Assembly: GCA_964404025.1 (NCBI GenBank) | Contig: CAYOIJ010000005.1 | Coordinates: forward strand, 1 to 63,228 | Length of the DNA stretch: 63,228 nt | Source of the DNA: an uncultured Pseudomonadales bacterium | GTDB lineage: Bacteria > Patescibacteriota > Microgenomatia > UBA1400 > PJMF01 | Direction: 5' to 3' | Part shown: one piece after another, positions 26,916 to 35,550 of the stretch | How positions within the stretch are numbered: the first letter of the stretch is position 1 | Layout: each line of letters opens with the position of its first letter | Made by a program: the position numbers and the translations under genes | The notes under the pieces: generated by a model | What the model saw: the letters and a program-made list of their open reading frames with translations, nothing else | Told to the model about the DNA's origin: nothing | Databases searched by the model: none

Positions 26916-29143
26916 GAAGATTTTTTCTTTTTACTCGCCTTCTTAGTTGTAGTTTTTTTACTTTTACCTTTAGCTCGTTTGGCTTTCCAAGCAGCCCGCT
27001 TGGCCTGAATTTCTTCCCATTCGGCCTGACTGAGCTTATATCCAGGCTCTGGCTTTTTCCAGGAAGCCCATTTACATTTTGGATAATCAGAGCAACCATA
27101 AAAAGATTTGCCCCAACGAGTATTTTTAATAACAATATCACCTTTACCACACAAAGGACAAAGTTGGTCACCCAGTGTTTCAACTAAATTTTCAGTATAT
27201 TTACAATCTGGAAAACGGCTACAGCTCTTAAATTTGCCAAAACGACCAGAGCGAATAACTATTTCACCTGCTTCTTTAGCTTCCAGTTCTCCAGCTTTCA
27301 CTAATTTAGCGCAATCAGGACAGTTTTCACCGGTTTTTTCAACTGGCACCGCCACTCTATCTGCTTCTTTACTAACTGATTCAATTTTTTCAGCTAGAGG
27401 TTTATAAAACAAATCAACTACTTTTGTCCAAACTTTTTTTCCCTCGGCTATTTTATCTAAACTCTCCTCAATCTTGGCGGTAAAATCATAATCCATCAGC
27501 ACTGTAAAGTGTTTTAATAGAAAATCGCTAACTGTCGTTCCAATTGGTGTAGCAAAAAATTTGCGATTTTTTCTTTCTACATAACCTCTTTGTCTAATCA
27601 CTGAAATAATGGAGGCATAAGTACTAGGACGACCTATACCTCTTTTTTCCAATTCTTTAACCAAAGACGCATCGTTGTAACGAGCTGGGGGTTGAGTAAA
27701 TTTTTGCATTGGACATTGGGCTAAATAATGCAAATTTTGATTAACTTTAACTTCAGGTAATAATAAATCATTTTTTTGACTAAACAAGCGCCTCCAACCA
27801 GGAAATCTCATGACTGAGCCGACAACTTTTAGCTCATATTCTTTATCACTGTTTTGCACAGTAGCACTCACTAAAATCGTAGTTTGATCATAAATAGCCT
27901 CACTCATTTGTGAAGCTAAAAATCGTCGCCAAATTAAATCATAAAGTTTAATGTGGTTGGCAGTTAACTTAGTTATTTTTTGACTAAGATTATCTTTAGT
28001 AATAGTCAGGTCCGTGGCGCGAATTGCTTCATGAGCTTCTTGAGAATTTTTACTTTTTTTACTGAAATGGCGTGCTTGACTAGGTAAATAATCTTTACCA
28101 AATTCCTGAGCAATATATTGACGTGCCGATTCAACAGCACTTTTAGCTAAATAAAAGGCGTCCGTACGATGGTAGGTAATTAAACCTTCTTCATAAAGAC
28201 GCTGAGCTAAACTCATCGTCTGGCTAGCACTAAAACCAAAACGGTTAGCCGCAGTTTGTTGTAGCAATGAAGTAGTAAAAGGCGGTAAACTTTGTCGACG
28301 CCTTTCAACTTGATTCAAGTCTTTAACTTTATAAGTCGCCTTATCTAGATCTTTGATGACTTCTTTAGCTTGAGCTTCATTGTCAATTTTTAATTTTTTA
28401 TCTTCTAATTTTTCTACTGATAATAGTAAAATTTCTTTATCTAAATCTGCCTTAGCTCTATTTTCAAGAAAAATCGCTTCTTTTTGGCGTAATTTATCCA
28501 GCTCTTCTTGCTTAAAATGGTCTGGAATTGCTAAAGCAACAGCAAACTCCCAGTATTCTTCACTCTTAAAAGCTTCGATCTCTCTTTCTCTCTCAACAAT
28601 GAGTCGCAGTGCCACTGATTGCACTCGTCCAGCAGACAAACCTCTTCTCACTTTTTTCCATAAAACTGGTGATACTTTGTAACCAACTAAGCGATCCAAA
28701 ATTCGTCGTGCTTGTTGAGCATCAACTAGGTCTAGGTTAATAGTAGTTGGCTTATTAATGGCCTTAATGACCGCTGGCTTGGTGATTTCATGAAAGGTAG
28801 AGCGCAAAAAACTTCGATCTCCCTTATCCTTTTTCTTCATTGCCCGATCATTTTCCAATAAATACTGGATGTGCCAAGCAATCGCTTCTCCTTCGCGATC
28901 CGGATCCATGGCTAGATAAACTTCTTTAGCCTCTCTAGCTAAGCTACGGAGCTTACTAACCACCTTTTTCTTATCAGCACTAACTTCATAGATTGGTTGA
29001 TAATTGTTTTCTAAATCAATACCCAGATTTTTTTTAGGCAAATCTCTAACATGACCAACAGAGGCTTCTACCACATAGTCGCTGCCTAAATACGATTTGA
29101 GCTTCCTTGCTTTTGTCGGTGATTCAACAATAACTAAATTCAT
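26912..29143 (-). CDS. topA: DNA topoisomerase I
   Basis: IVESPTKA, DPDREGE, SAGRVQS, ITYHRTD, GIGRPSTYA, Zn ribbons, Lys-rich tail. Confidence 0.98.
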   Translation of the reverse strand: MNLVIVESPTKARKLKSYLGSDYVVEASVGHVRDLPKKNLGIDLENNYQPIYEVSADKKKVVSKLRSLAREAKEVYLAMDPDREGEAIAWHIQYLLENDRAMKKKDKGDRSFLRSTFHEITKPAVIKAINKPTTINLDLVDAQQARRILDRLVGYKVSPVLWKKVRRGLSAGRVQSVALRLIVEREREIEAFKSEEYWEFAVALAIPDHFKQEELDKLRQKEAIFLENRAKADLDKEILLLSVEKLEDKKLKIDNEAQAKEVIKDLDKATYKVKDLNQVERRRQSLPPFTTSLLQQTAANRFGFSASQTMSLAQRLYEEGLITYHRTDAFYLAKSAVESARQYIAQEFGKDYLPSQARHFSKKSKNSQEAHEAIRATDLTITKDNLSQKITKLTANHIKLYDLIWRRFLASQMSEAIYDQTTILVSATVQNSDKEYELKVVGSVMRFPGWRRLFSQKNDLLLPEVKVNQNLHYLAQCPMQKFTQPPARYNDASLVKELEKRGIGRPSTYASIISVIRQRGYVERKNRKFFATPIGTTVSDFLLKHFTVLMDYDFTAKIEESLDKIAEGKKVWTKVVDLFYKPLAEKIESVSKEADRVAVPVEKTGENCPDCAKLVKAGELEAKEAGEIVIRSGRFGKFKSCSRFPDCKYTENLVETLGDQLCPLCGKGDIVIKNTRWGKSFYGCSDYPKCKWASWKKPEPGYKLSQAEWEEIQAKRAAWKAKRAKGKSKKTTTKKASKKKKSS

Positions 29144-29237
29144 AAAATTTTTCTTTTACTGCTTGTCTATTATAGTGATCAGTGCAAGCGCTAAGCCCTC
29201 ATTTTAAAAGGATTAAGGAAAAAAAAGCAACTGTAGC

Positions 29238-30398
29238 TTAAGATTTTAAGATATAATTTTGCCCTTCTTGTTTAATAATTTGTTTAATTTGTAGCTGTAA
29301 AAGCCATTCTGCTAACTCCCCATGTTTGTAAGAGCTGGATTTAGCTAATTGATCAAAAGATAAAGCTAATCCCTGGCTTTGCAGGATCCTAAGTATTTTT
29401 TCTTCTTGTATTGAAAGCTTTGCTCTAATTTTAGTTTGAGACTGAGACTGAGCTTGCTCTTGCTTGTTATTTTTCTCTGAAAATTGTTCTTTTTTATCAA
29501 TTAAATTAAGAGCTGAATAAAAATCTTCAACACTGGCAATCAAGTGAGCTCCGTCTTGAATTAGTTTATGACAACTTGAAGAATAGGGATTAGTAATAGG
29601 ACCAGGTACTGCTAAAATGGGTCGCCCCTCATCCAGGGCATGTTGAGCAGTAATGAGACTACCACTTTTTTCAGCTGCTTCAACAATCATCACCGCTTGG
29701 GCTAAGCCAGCAATAATCAAGTTTCTCTGCACGAAACTGCCCGCACTTGGCTGAGTAGCTGGAGGATACTCACTAATAAAAATAGCTCCTTCTCCAAGCA
29801 TTTTTTCCATTAAGGTTCGTTGGTGTCTTGGGTAACAATAATCAAAACCGTAACCTAAAACACCTATTGTCTGAGTTAATTGATGAGCTATTTTCATAGC
29901 TTCCACATCAACTCCATACATAAAACCAGAGACCAATTTAGCTTGACTAGATATAATAATGTCTCTCAATAAAGTTTTGCTTACTAAGCGGCCATAGCTA
30001 GTAATTCGCCTCGTGCCAACTACTGCCAAAAATAAGTGTTGCCAGAAACTTGAACTCAGTTTTTGATTAGATCTAATAAATAAAACTGGTGGCGCTTGGT
30101 CAAGCATTTTAAGTAAAGGTGGATAGTGCTTTTCTCTATCCAGCAGAACCCGAAACTTTTTGCTTTTAAGTTTTTGATAGTAATCAATAAAATTGTGTTC
30201 TTTTTTAAAGTTTTTAATTGATTCTATCTGCTTTTTAGATAGTAGTGATTTTTGCCATATCCCAGCTCTATTAAGCCAAAAACCTTCATCGCTAATTTGG
30301 TATTTTTTTTGCTCCAACAAACAACGTCTAAAGCTTACTCTACCTATTCCTTTCACTGACCACAATGCAGTTAAGTGACTTTTGCTAAATTGCAGCAT
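29238..30398 (-). CDS. dprA: DNA-processing protein DprA
   Basis: VVGTR, VSGFMYGVD, RNLIIAGL, SGSLITA, AVPG. Confidence 0.94.
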   Translation of the reverse strand: MLQFSKSHLTALWSVKGIGRVSFRRCLLEQKKYQISDEGFWLNRAGIWQKSLLSKKQIESIKNFKKEHNFIDYYQKLKSKKFRVLLDREKHYPPLLKMLDQAPPVLFIRSNQKLSSSFWQHLFLAVVGTRRITSYGRLVSKTLLRDIIISSQAKLVSGFMYGVDVEAMKIAHQLTQTIGVLGYGFDYCYPRHQRTLMEKMLGEGAIFISEYPPATQPSAGSFVQRNLIIAGLAQAVMIVEAAEKSGSLITAQHALDEGRPILAVPGPITNPYSSSCHKLIQDGAHLIASVEDFYSALNLIDKKEQFSEKNNKQEQAQSQSQTKIRAKLSIQEEKILRILQSQGLALSFDQLAKSSSYKHGELAEWLLQLQIKQIIKQEGQNYILKS

Positions 30399-30454
30399 TT
30401 AATAAAGATAGAAAATAAATATGACAATTAACTAAACATCATCAAAACAGGAAA

Positions 30455-32305
30455 TTAAAAACCAGTCATCCACTCTAAAATTTCTCTAACTATTGGAGCC
30501 GCATCAGCCGAACCTTCTTGGTATTTACTATCTTCATCGCTTTCCACCAAAACAGTGATAACTATCTCTTTGGGTAACTGATTATTAGCCAAGGCCTCTA
30601 GCCATGCTTGCTGCTCTAAGCTAGCGTTTTCTAGACCCAATTCTTGCCAATGATCTAAAACCAGTTGTTTATTTAAGCCTACAGTGCTAGAAAACCAGGC
30701 ATGTGTAGCACGATAACCACGCTGGTCAGCGCTACCAAACTCTGAAGTTCCAGTTTTACCAGCTATCATTCCGGCCCTAATCTTTTCTTTAGCACTAAGA
30801 TTTTCAAAAACCTGTTCACCTAATCGAGCTTTCAAGTTTGAAACTAAAGCTTGATTGTAATCAAATAAAGGGAAAGCTGTCCCTCCTTCTTGGGTAACGC
30901 CCAACAAAGCTCGACTAATCAAATCCAAATTTTCCTCTCTAAAAGATAAGTCTTGGCACTCTCTAACACTCATCAACAAGGTTGGCCGACACTGTACTCC
31001 ACCATTACTCAGAGTCTGAAAAACTTGAGTTAACTGTAAAGGACTAACTAACACATCTCCTTGACCAATGCCAAAATGGTAGGTGTTACCCAAAAACCAT
31101 TTTTCTCCTAAATACTCTTCCTTCCAAGTCGGATCAGGTACTAGACCTAGTGCTTCTCCACTCAATTCAATGCCCGTCGCTTTACCCAAACCCAATAGTC
31201 TGGAATAATCTGCTAATTTCTGGGGACCAAGCCATTCAGCTGCTTTATAAAAGAAAATATCATTGCTTCTTATAATAGCTCTTAAAAGATTTATCTCGCC
31301 CTCAACCCGACCATATTGGGTATAGTACCAATTGGCATATTGATATTCGCCTACTTCCAATACTCCTTCATCCAAAACCGTCGTCGATGCATCAAGCACT
31401 CCTTCTTCCAAAGCAGCCAAAGCCGTCACTAATTTAAAAATTGAGCCTGGTGGATAACTGCCACTCACAGCTCGATTAAAGAATAACTGTCTATCGTCGT
31501 CGAGTTGAACAGCTAGCTTTTTTTGGGCTTCACTATTTACCTGCTTTGCTAAACGAGCTAAACGCACTTCCTCAAATAAATTTGGATTAAAACTAGGGCT
31601 GCTAATCAAAGTTAAAATTTGGCCAGTTTGGGCGTCCATTATCACCACCGCCCCCTTTCTGTCTGCCAAGGCTTGATAGGCTACTTCTGACAACCAAGGA
31701 TCAAGACTAGTTGAGAGACTAGTTCCAGGAAAAGCCTCAGTTCTGCTCACCAATTGTTGTTTATACCCCAGTGCATCTACCTCAAAAACTTCAGTTCCTA
31801 AGCTAGCGCGAAGCGAGCTATCAAAAGATTTTTCCAAGCCTGTTCGGCCAAATTGTTCAGCAAAATTTAATTGTTTATTTTCGACTAAATCATCAGCGGT
31901 AATACCTGTTACGTAACCTAAAGCATGGGCTAAGGCCTGAGGATAAGTGTAGACTCTGGAATAATCTCGATTGAGTGAAGCACTATCCGTAGCTATCATA
32001 AATAAAGCTTGGTTGTGGTCTATTAATTCTTGCTGACTATAAAGTTGGTGAGGATCTGCCAATAAATAATAGTTAGGACGATTTTTAACTAAAGATTGTT
32101 GATAACGATCAAAGATTAGGGCTCGCTCAACTAAATAATTTTTAGAAAAATAGCGATTCTGACTTGCTAATTCGGCTAACACCTGTCCCCTAACCAACTG
32201 CAAATCAATCAGGCGAGCTAAAAGTAAAATAAAAACAAAGAGCAAAATAGTGCAGAAAAAAAATAATTTTCGCTGATCTCCATAGATAAATCTATTTTTT
32301 TTCAT
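30455..32305 (-). CDS. mrdA: Class B penicillin-binding protein 2
   Basis: PPGSIFK (SxxK), SND (SxN), GKTGT. Confidence 0.92.
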   Translation of the reverse strand: MKKNRFIYGDQRKLFFFCTILLFVFILLLARLIDLQLVRGQVLAELASQNRYFSKNYLVERALIFDRYQQSLVKNRPNYYLLADPHQLYSQQELIDHNQALFMIATDSASLNRDYSRVYTYPQALAHALGYVTGITADDLVENKQLNFAEQFGRTGLEKSFDSSLRASLGTEVFEVDALGYKQQLVSRTEAFPGTSLSTSLDPWLSEVAYQALADRKGAVVIMDAQTGQILTLISSPSFNPNLFEEVRLARLAKQVNSEAQKKLAVQLDDDRQLFFNRAVSGSYPPGSIFKLVTALAALEEGVLDASTTVLDEGVLEVGEYQYANWYYTQYGRVEGEINLLRAIIRSNDIFFYKAAEWLGPQKLADYSRLLGLGKATGIELSGEALGLVPDPTWKEEYLGEKWFLGNTYHFGIGQGDVLVSPLQLTQVFQTLSNGGVQCRPTLLMSVRECQDLSFREENLDLISRALLGVTQEGGTAFPLFDYNQALVSNLKARLGEQVFENLSAKEKIRAGMIAGKTGTSEFGSADQRGYRATHAWFSSTVGLNKQLVLDHWQELGLENASLEQQAWLEALANNQLPKEIVITVLVESDEDSKYQEGSADAAPIVREILEWMTGF

Positions 32306-32745
32306 AATTTACCTACAGCACTGATCTTAAAAAAAAGTAAAACAAAAATAATTAAGCCCTGCAAGAGCATGAAAGAGTTAAAGCTCAAGCCAGATAAGAA
32401 AAATATTACAAACTGTAAAGCAGTAAATAATAACAATTGTAATAATTGCCACTGTTGAAAATTTTTTGCAAAAATTTTATTACCAAATAAGCTTCGTAAA
32501 AAATAATAGATAGCAATAATTAGCAAGCTACTACTAATACTTAGTTGATAAAACAGGGCTATGGCCAAAACTACCAATAATAAGGCAGCAATGATTAAAT
32601 AAAAACTTTCTTCATCTCTATAATTAAATTTGTCCAATAGTCTAAAAACTAAAAACAAAGAAAAGATCGGTAAAGACAAAGTTGACTCAATACTTAATAA
32701 GAAAACTAAAAAGATAACTTGTAGCAATCGATTGAGGTAAATCAT
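32302..32745 (-). CDS. MreD-like membrane protein
   Basis: About 5 TM segments; lies between mreC and pbp2 with overlapping stop/start codons. Confidence 0.55.
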   Translation of the reverse strand: MIYLNRLLQVIFLVFLLSIESTLSLPIFSLFLVFRLLDKFNYRDEESFYLIIAALLLVVLAIALFYQLSISSSLLIIAIYYFLRSLFGNKIFAKNFQQWQLLQLLLFTALQFVIFFLSGLSFNSFMLLQGLIIFVLLFFKISAVGKL

Positions 32746-33509
32746 GGTTGAACCTCCACCAGACTCAATTCATGAAAACTAACATCTTGTTGCAGAATTG
32801 CTTCCTGAGTCGCTTTTGCTGAATCAATATCTTTTAAATTAGCAATTCTGCCGATAAAAATATCAGCAGCTATCCCCTCTTGACCCACCGTCAGCACCCT
32901 TTCGCGCAAATTAAGTGTTGCTTCACTAGCAACCTCAATTAATAAAATATTTTTGCCATCACCACGAACAATCCCTCTAGCTCCCGACTCTGTTTTAGCC
33001 ACTATCCCCTGATCAAACATGTCTTTAAGTAATAAGACTCGTGCCTGCTGATGACTAAATTCCTCAATAATGCCTAATAAACTACCCTCACCCAAAACCA
33101 CAGAGCCAACCTGAACACCGCTGTCACTACCAATTGCGAGCACTGGCTTAGCAAAAGAACTAATGGGCCGAACAATTAAATTTTTCTCTAAACCTCGATC
33201 AGTATTTTCCAAAAGTCTCTTTAGGGCTTGATTCTCTTCACGTAAAGCCTCTAGCTCAGTCAGTTGTACTGAGCTTTCACGGTAACGATACTCTAGATCT
33301 TCCAATTTTTGACGTAATTGCCAAAATTGGCGCAACTTACCCACTGGTTGAGTTAGCTTAAGCAAAACTTGATAATTATGCGCTTGCCAATGGGCCACAG
33401 CATTGCGCCAAGAACTTAGGGTTAAAAACCCTAAAAAATCTAATAAAAAAATAAAAATAAACAGTCCAGTTATAACAAGATAGCGAGTCACTTTATAATA
33501 ATTAAACAT
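32742..33509 (-). CDS. mreC: Rod-shape protein MreC
   Basis: TM, coiled coil LREENQALKRLL, beta domain with GSDSGV...GLLG...GIFIG-type motifs. Confidence 0.88.
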   Translation of the reverse strand: MFNYYKVTRYLVITGLFIFIFLLDFLGFLTLSSWRNAVAHWQAHNYQVLLKLTQPVGKLRQFWQLRQKLEDLEYRYRESSVQLTELEALREENQALKRLLENTDRGLEKNLIVRPISSFAKPVLAIGSDSGVQVGSVVLGEGSLLGIIEEFSHQQARVLLLKDMFDQGIVAKTESGARGIVRGDGKNILLIEVASEATLNLRERVLTVGQEGIAADIFIGRIANLKDIDSAKATQEAILQQDVSFHELSLVEVQP

Positions 33510-34218
33510 AGGCAGCTATTGCTTCCTGATTAAGAATGCCCTCCATTTTCAAGTGGCGACTAAGCTCTTCTAAAATCAAAGCGCTTTTTATATCTTGATG
33601 AAGAAAGAGGTAAAAGTATTGCCACTTTTGCTGAAATAAATTGATTGGCACATTTAAAACAAAAGTATCTACAGCAGATTTTAGGCGCTTAATTAAAACC
33701 ACTTCATCTAAATTTTGACTTAAGGCCAGATGCTTGCTTTTGAGTTTTTTATCGGCTAAAAATAAGGAGAGCTCAGCAAAATCTAAATTTAAGTCTATGA
33801 TAAGTTTTAGTTTTGAAAAATCTTGTTTGTTCTTTAAATAATTATTAAAGAACTCTGATCGGTTAATTATGCTCGTTGGCTTAAAAAACACTTGAGCAAC
33901 TAGATGCTTTATTGCTTCTTTTTCTAAATAAGTATTGGCACTAGCGACTAATACTTGAAGACGTTTCGTCCCTTTAAACTTGACTTCATCTGAAGCAATT
34001 TCATTCCTTAGAGTTTGCTCCAAAGCCCATTTTGATTGCAAAATACCTGCCTTCAGAGGAAAAACCAACTGCCAGTGTTCCTTGCCTTGATCTTGCTGAT
34101 ACCACTGCCACCAATCTAAAGACTCTTGACCAAAATTAATGGCTTGTTCTTTATTAGAGTCCCACAAAAATACCCAAGAGCGATGGCTAAGATCAATTAG
34201 CTCAATCCCTTTCTCCAT
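33502..34218 (-). CDS. Degenerate, shortened MreB-like actin-fold protein
   Basis: IDLS, FPLKAGIL, VLVASANTYLEKEAI and LIIDLNLDFAELSLF align in order with MreB motifs; overlaps the mreC start. Confidence 0.7.
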   Translation of the reverse strand: MEKGIELIDLSHRSWVFLWDSNKEQAINFGQESLDWWQWYQQDQGKEHWQLVFPLKAGILQSKWALEQTLRNEIASDEVKFKGTKRLQVLVASANTYLEKEAIKHLVAQVFFKPTSIINRSEFFNNYLKNKQDFSKLKLIIDLNLDFAELSLFLADKKLKSKHLALSQNLDEVVLIKRLKSAVDTFVLNVPINLFQQKWQYFYLFLHQDIKSALILEELSRHLKMEGILNQEAIAAYV

Positions 34219-34239
34219 ACATCAAAGCTTAACAGAAAA

Positions 34240-35478
34240 TTAGGCTTTATTCAAAAGTTTTACGGCAGTTTTATATCGACCTGCCTCCATCAAATCTTGA
34301 ATCTGGTCAAGATCTGCAATAAGACTTAAATTATTTTCTTCAGTAGCACTTTCTCTGAGTTTTCTTAGCCGCTCTTCAAACATTTCTTTTTTAAGATTTA
34401 GAGCTTTTTTGTACATAATCTCTTCAAGATTTGGCACAAATTTGTCTAAATAAAGCAAAAGTGCTTCTTTGCGCTCGTCTTCTGTCTTGCTACTGTCAGC
34501 TAAAATCTGATCTGCTTGATTTTTTTCTTCATTATTTAATAAAAGAGGCAACTCGACTTCTATAAAATTATTCCAAATTAACTGCTCGAGCTCCTTAAGA
34601 AATCCTTGCTTCTCTTCTTCACTGAGATCATCCAAAGCTAACATCGTGAAAATATTTTGACTTTCTAAGTCCTCCTCATTACTTTGAGTTTCAGTCTTTT
34701 CTGTACCTGAATCAGCACTATCACTTGCTAAATTAACCCCTATCTCTTGAGTTTTTTCCTCTAACTGACCATTATTTAGGGTCAGTGAGGGCGCTGTTTG
34801 CTCGGTCACTCCCGATAAGTCTAGCGACGGTCGAGCTTGATTAAAGTTTTCTTCAACAGAACCAGTGTTTTGGCTTTCTGCCGCAGTAGCGCTTGTTTCA
34901 TTTGGGCTGCTTAAGCTTGGATCTGGAATAATAGTTGGCGTCGGAATTGGTTTAACCATAGGCGCAACAGGCTCAGAACTGGGCTCATTGCTAGGCTCAT
35001 TGCTAAGCTCATTGCTAAGCTCATTGCTAAGCTCATTACTACTCTGATCAGCACCGCTCTCTTTTTCTGGCAAATCATTTTTCTGAGCAATTTTTGTTTC
35101 AAGATCGTTAATAAATTTATCTAAATCAAGGTCTGATTTTGATTCTTGAGCATTTGCTGGCAACTGAGGCTCATCACCACTCTCTATCGCAGGCTGAGCT
35201 GGGGGAGCCTCTAATTTTTCTGGTTCTTCTTTTTTATCTTCTAACTGGGGAGTAGTCGCAACTGTCTTAGCAGCTATTTCTTTATTTAAGGCTTCTAATT
35301 GACTCAATAATTCTTCAACATCGGCTTTGGCTGGAGTCGTTTTTATCGCTTGATCAGAAGAAGTGGTCGCCGAATCTGGATTTTGTGTATTAACTGTTGG
35401 TGAATCGGCTTGGTAATCATTAATGTCGGCAGCGCCAACATCTTTTACATTTGATTGATCATCTTGAATATTGGTCAT
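34240..35478 (-). CDS. Acidic disordered protein with C-terminal DUF5663-like helical domain
   Basis: Pro/Glu/Ser-rich N-terminus; NIFTMLALDDLSEEEKQGFLKELEQLIW. Confidence 0.6.
   Translation of the reverse strand: MTNIQDDQSNVKDVGAADINDYQADSPTVNTQNPDSATTSSDQAIKTTPAKADVEELLSQLEALNKEIAAKTVATTPQLEDKKEEPEKLEAPPAQPAIESGDEPQLPANAQESKSDLDLDKFINDLETKIAQKNDLPEKESGADQSSNELSNELSNELSNEPSNEPSSEPVAPMVKPIPTPTIIPDPSLSSPNETSATAAESQNTGSVEENFNQARPSLDLSGVTEQTAPSLTLNNGQLEEKTQEIGVNLASDSADSGTEKTETQSNEEDLESQNIFTMLALDDLSEEEKQGFLKELEQLIWNNFIEVELPLLLNNEEKNQADQILADSSKTEDERKEALLLYLDKFVPNLEEIMYKKALNLKKEMFEERLRKLRESATEENNLSLIADLDQIQDLMEAGRYKTAVKLLNKA
34970..35041. repeat. In-frame 12-bp tandem repeat, 5-6 units (SNEL/SNEP)
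   Basis: ggctcagaactg ggctcattgcta ggctcattgcta agctcattgcta agctcattgcta agctcattacta. Confidence 0.9.
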
Positions 35479-35550
35479 AGGCAGGCTTTCTTAACTACTC
35501 TTAATTTAACATAAATTAAAAACAAAAAGAAGAAGAAAATCAGCTATACT

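Noticed and set aside
34970-35041. 12-bp repeats as a CRISPR array
   Set aside because: No spacers, in-frame coding repeat, no cas genes
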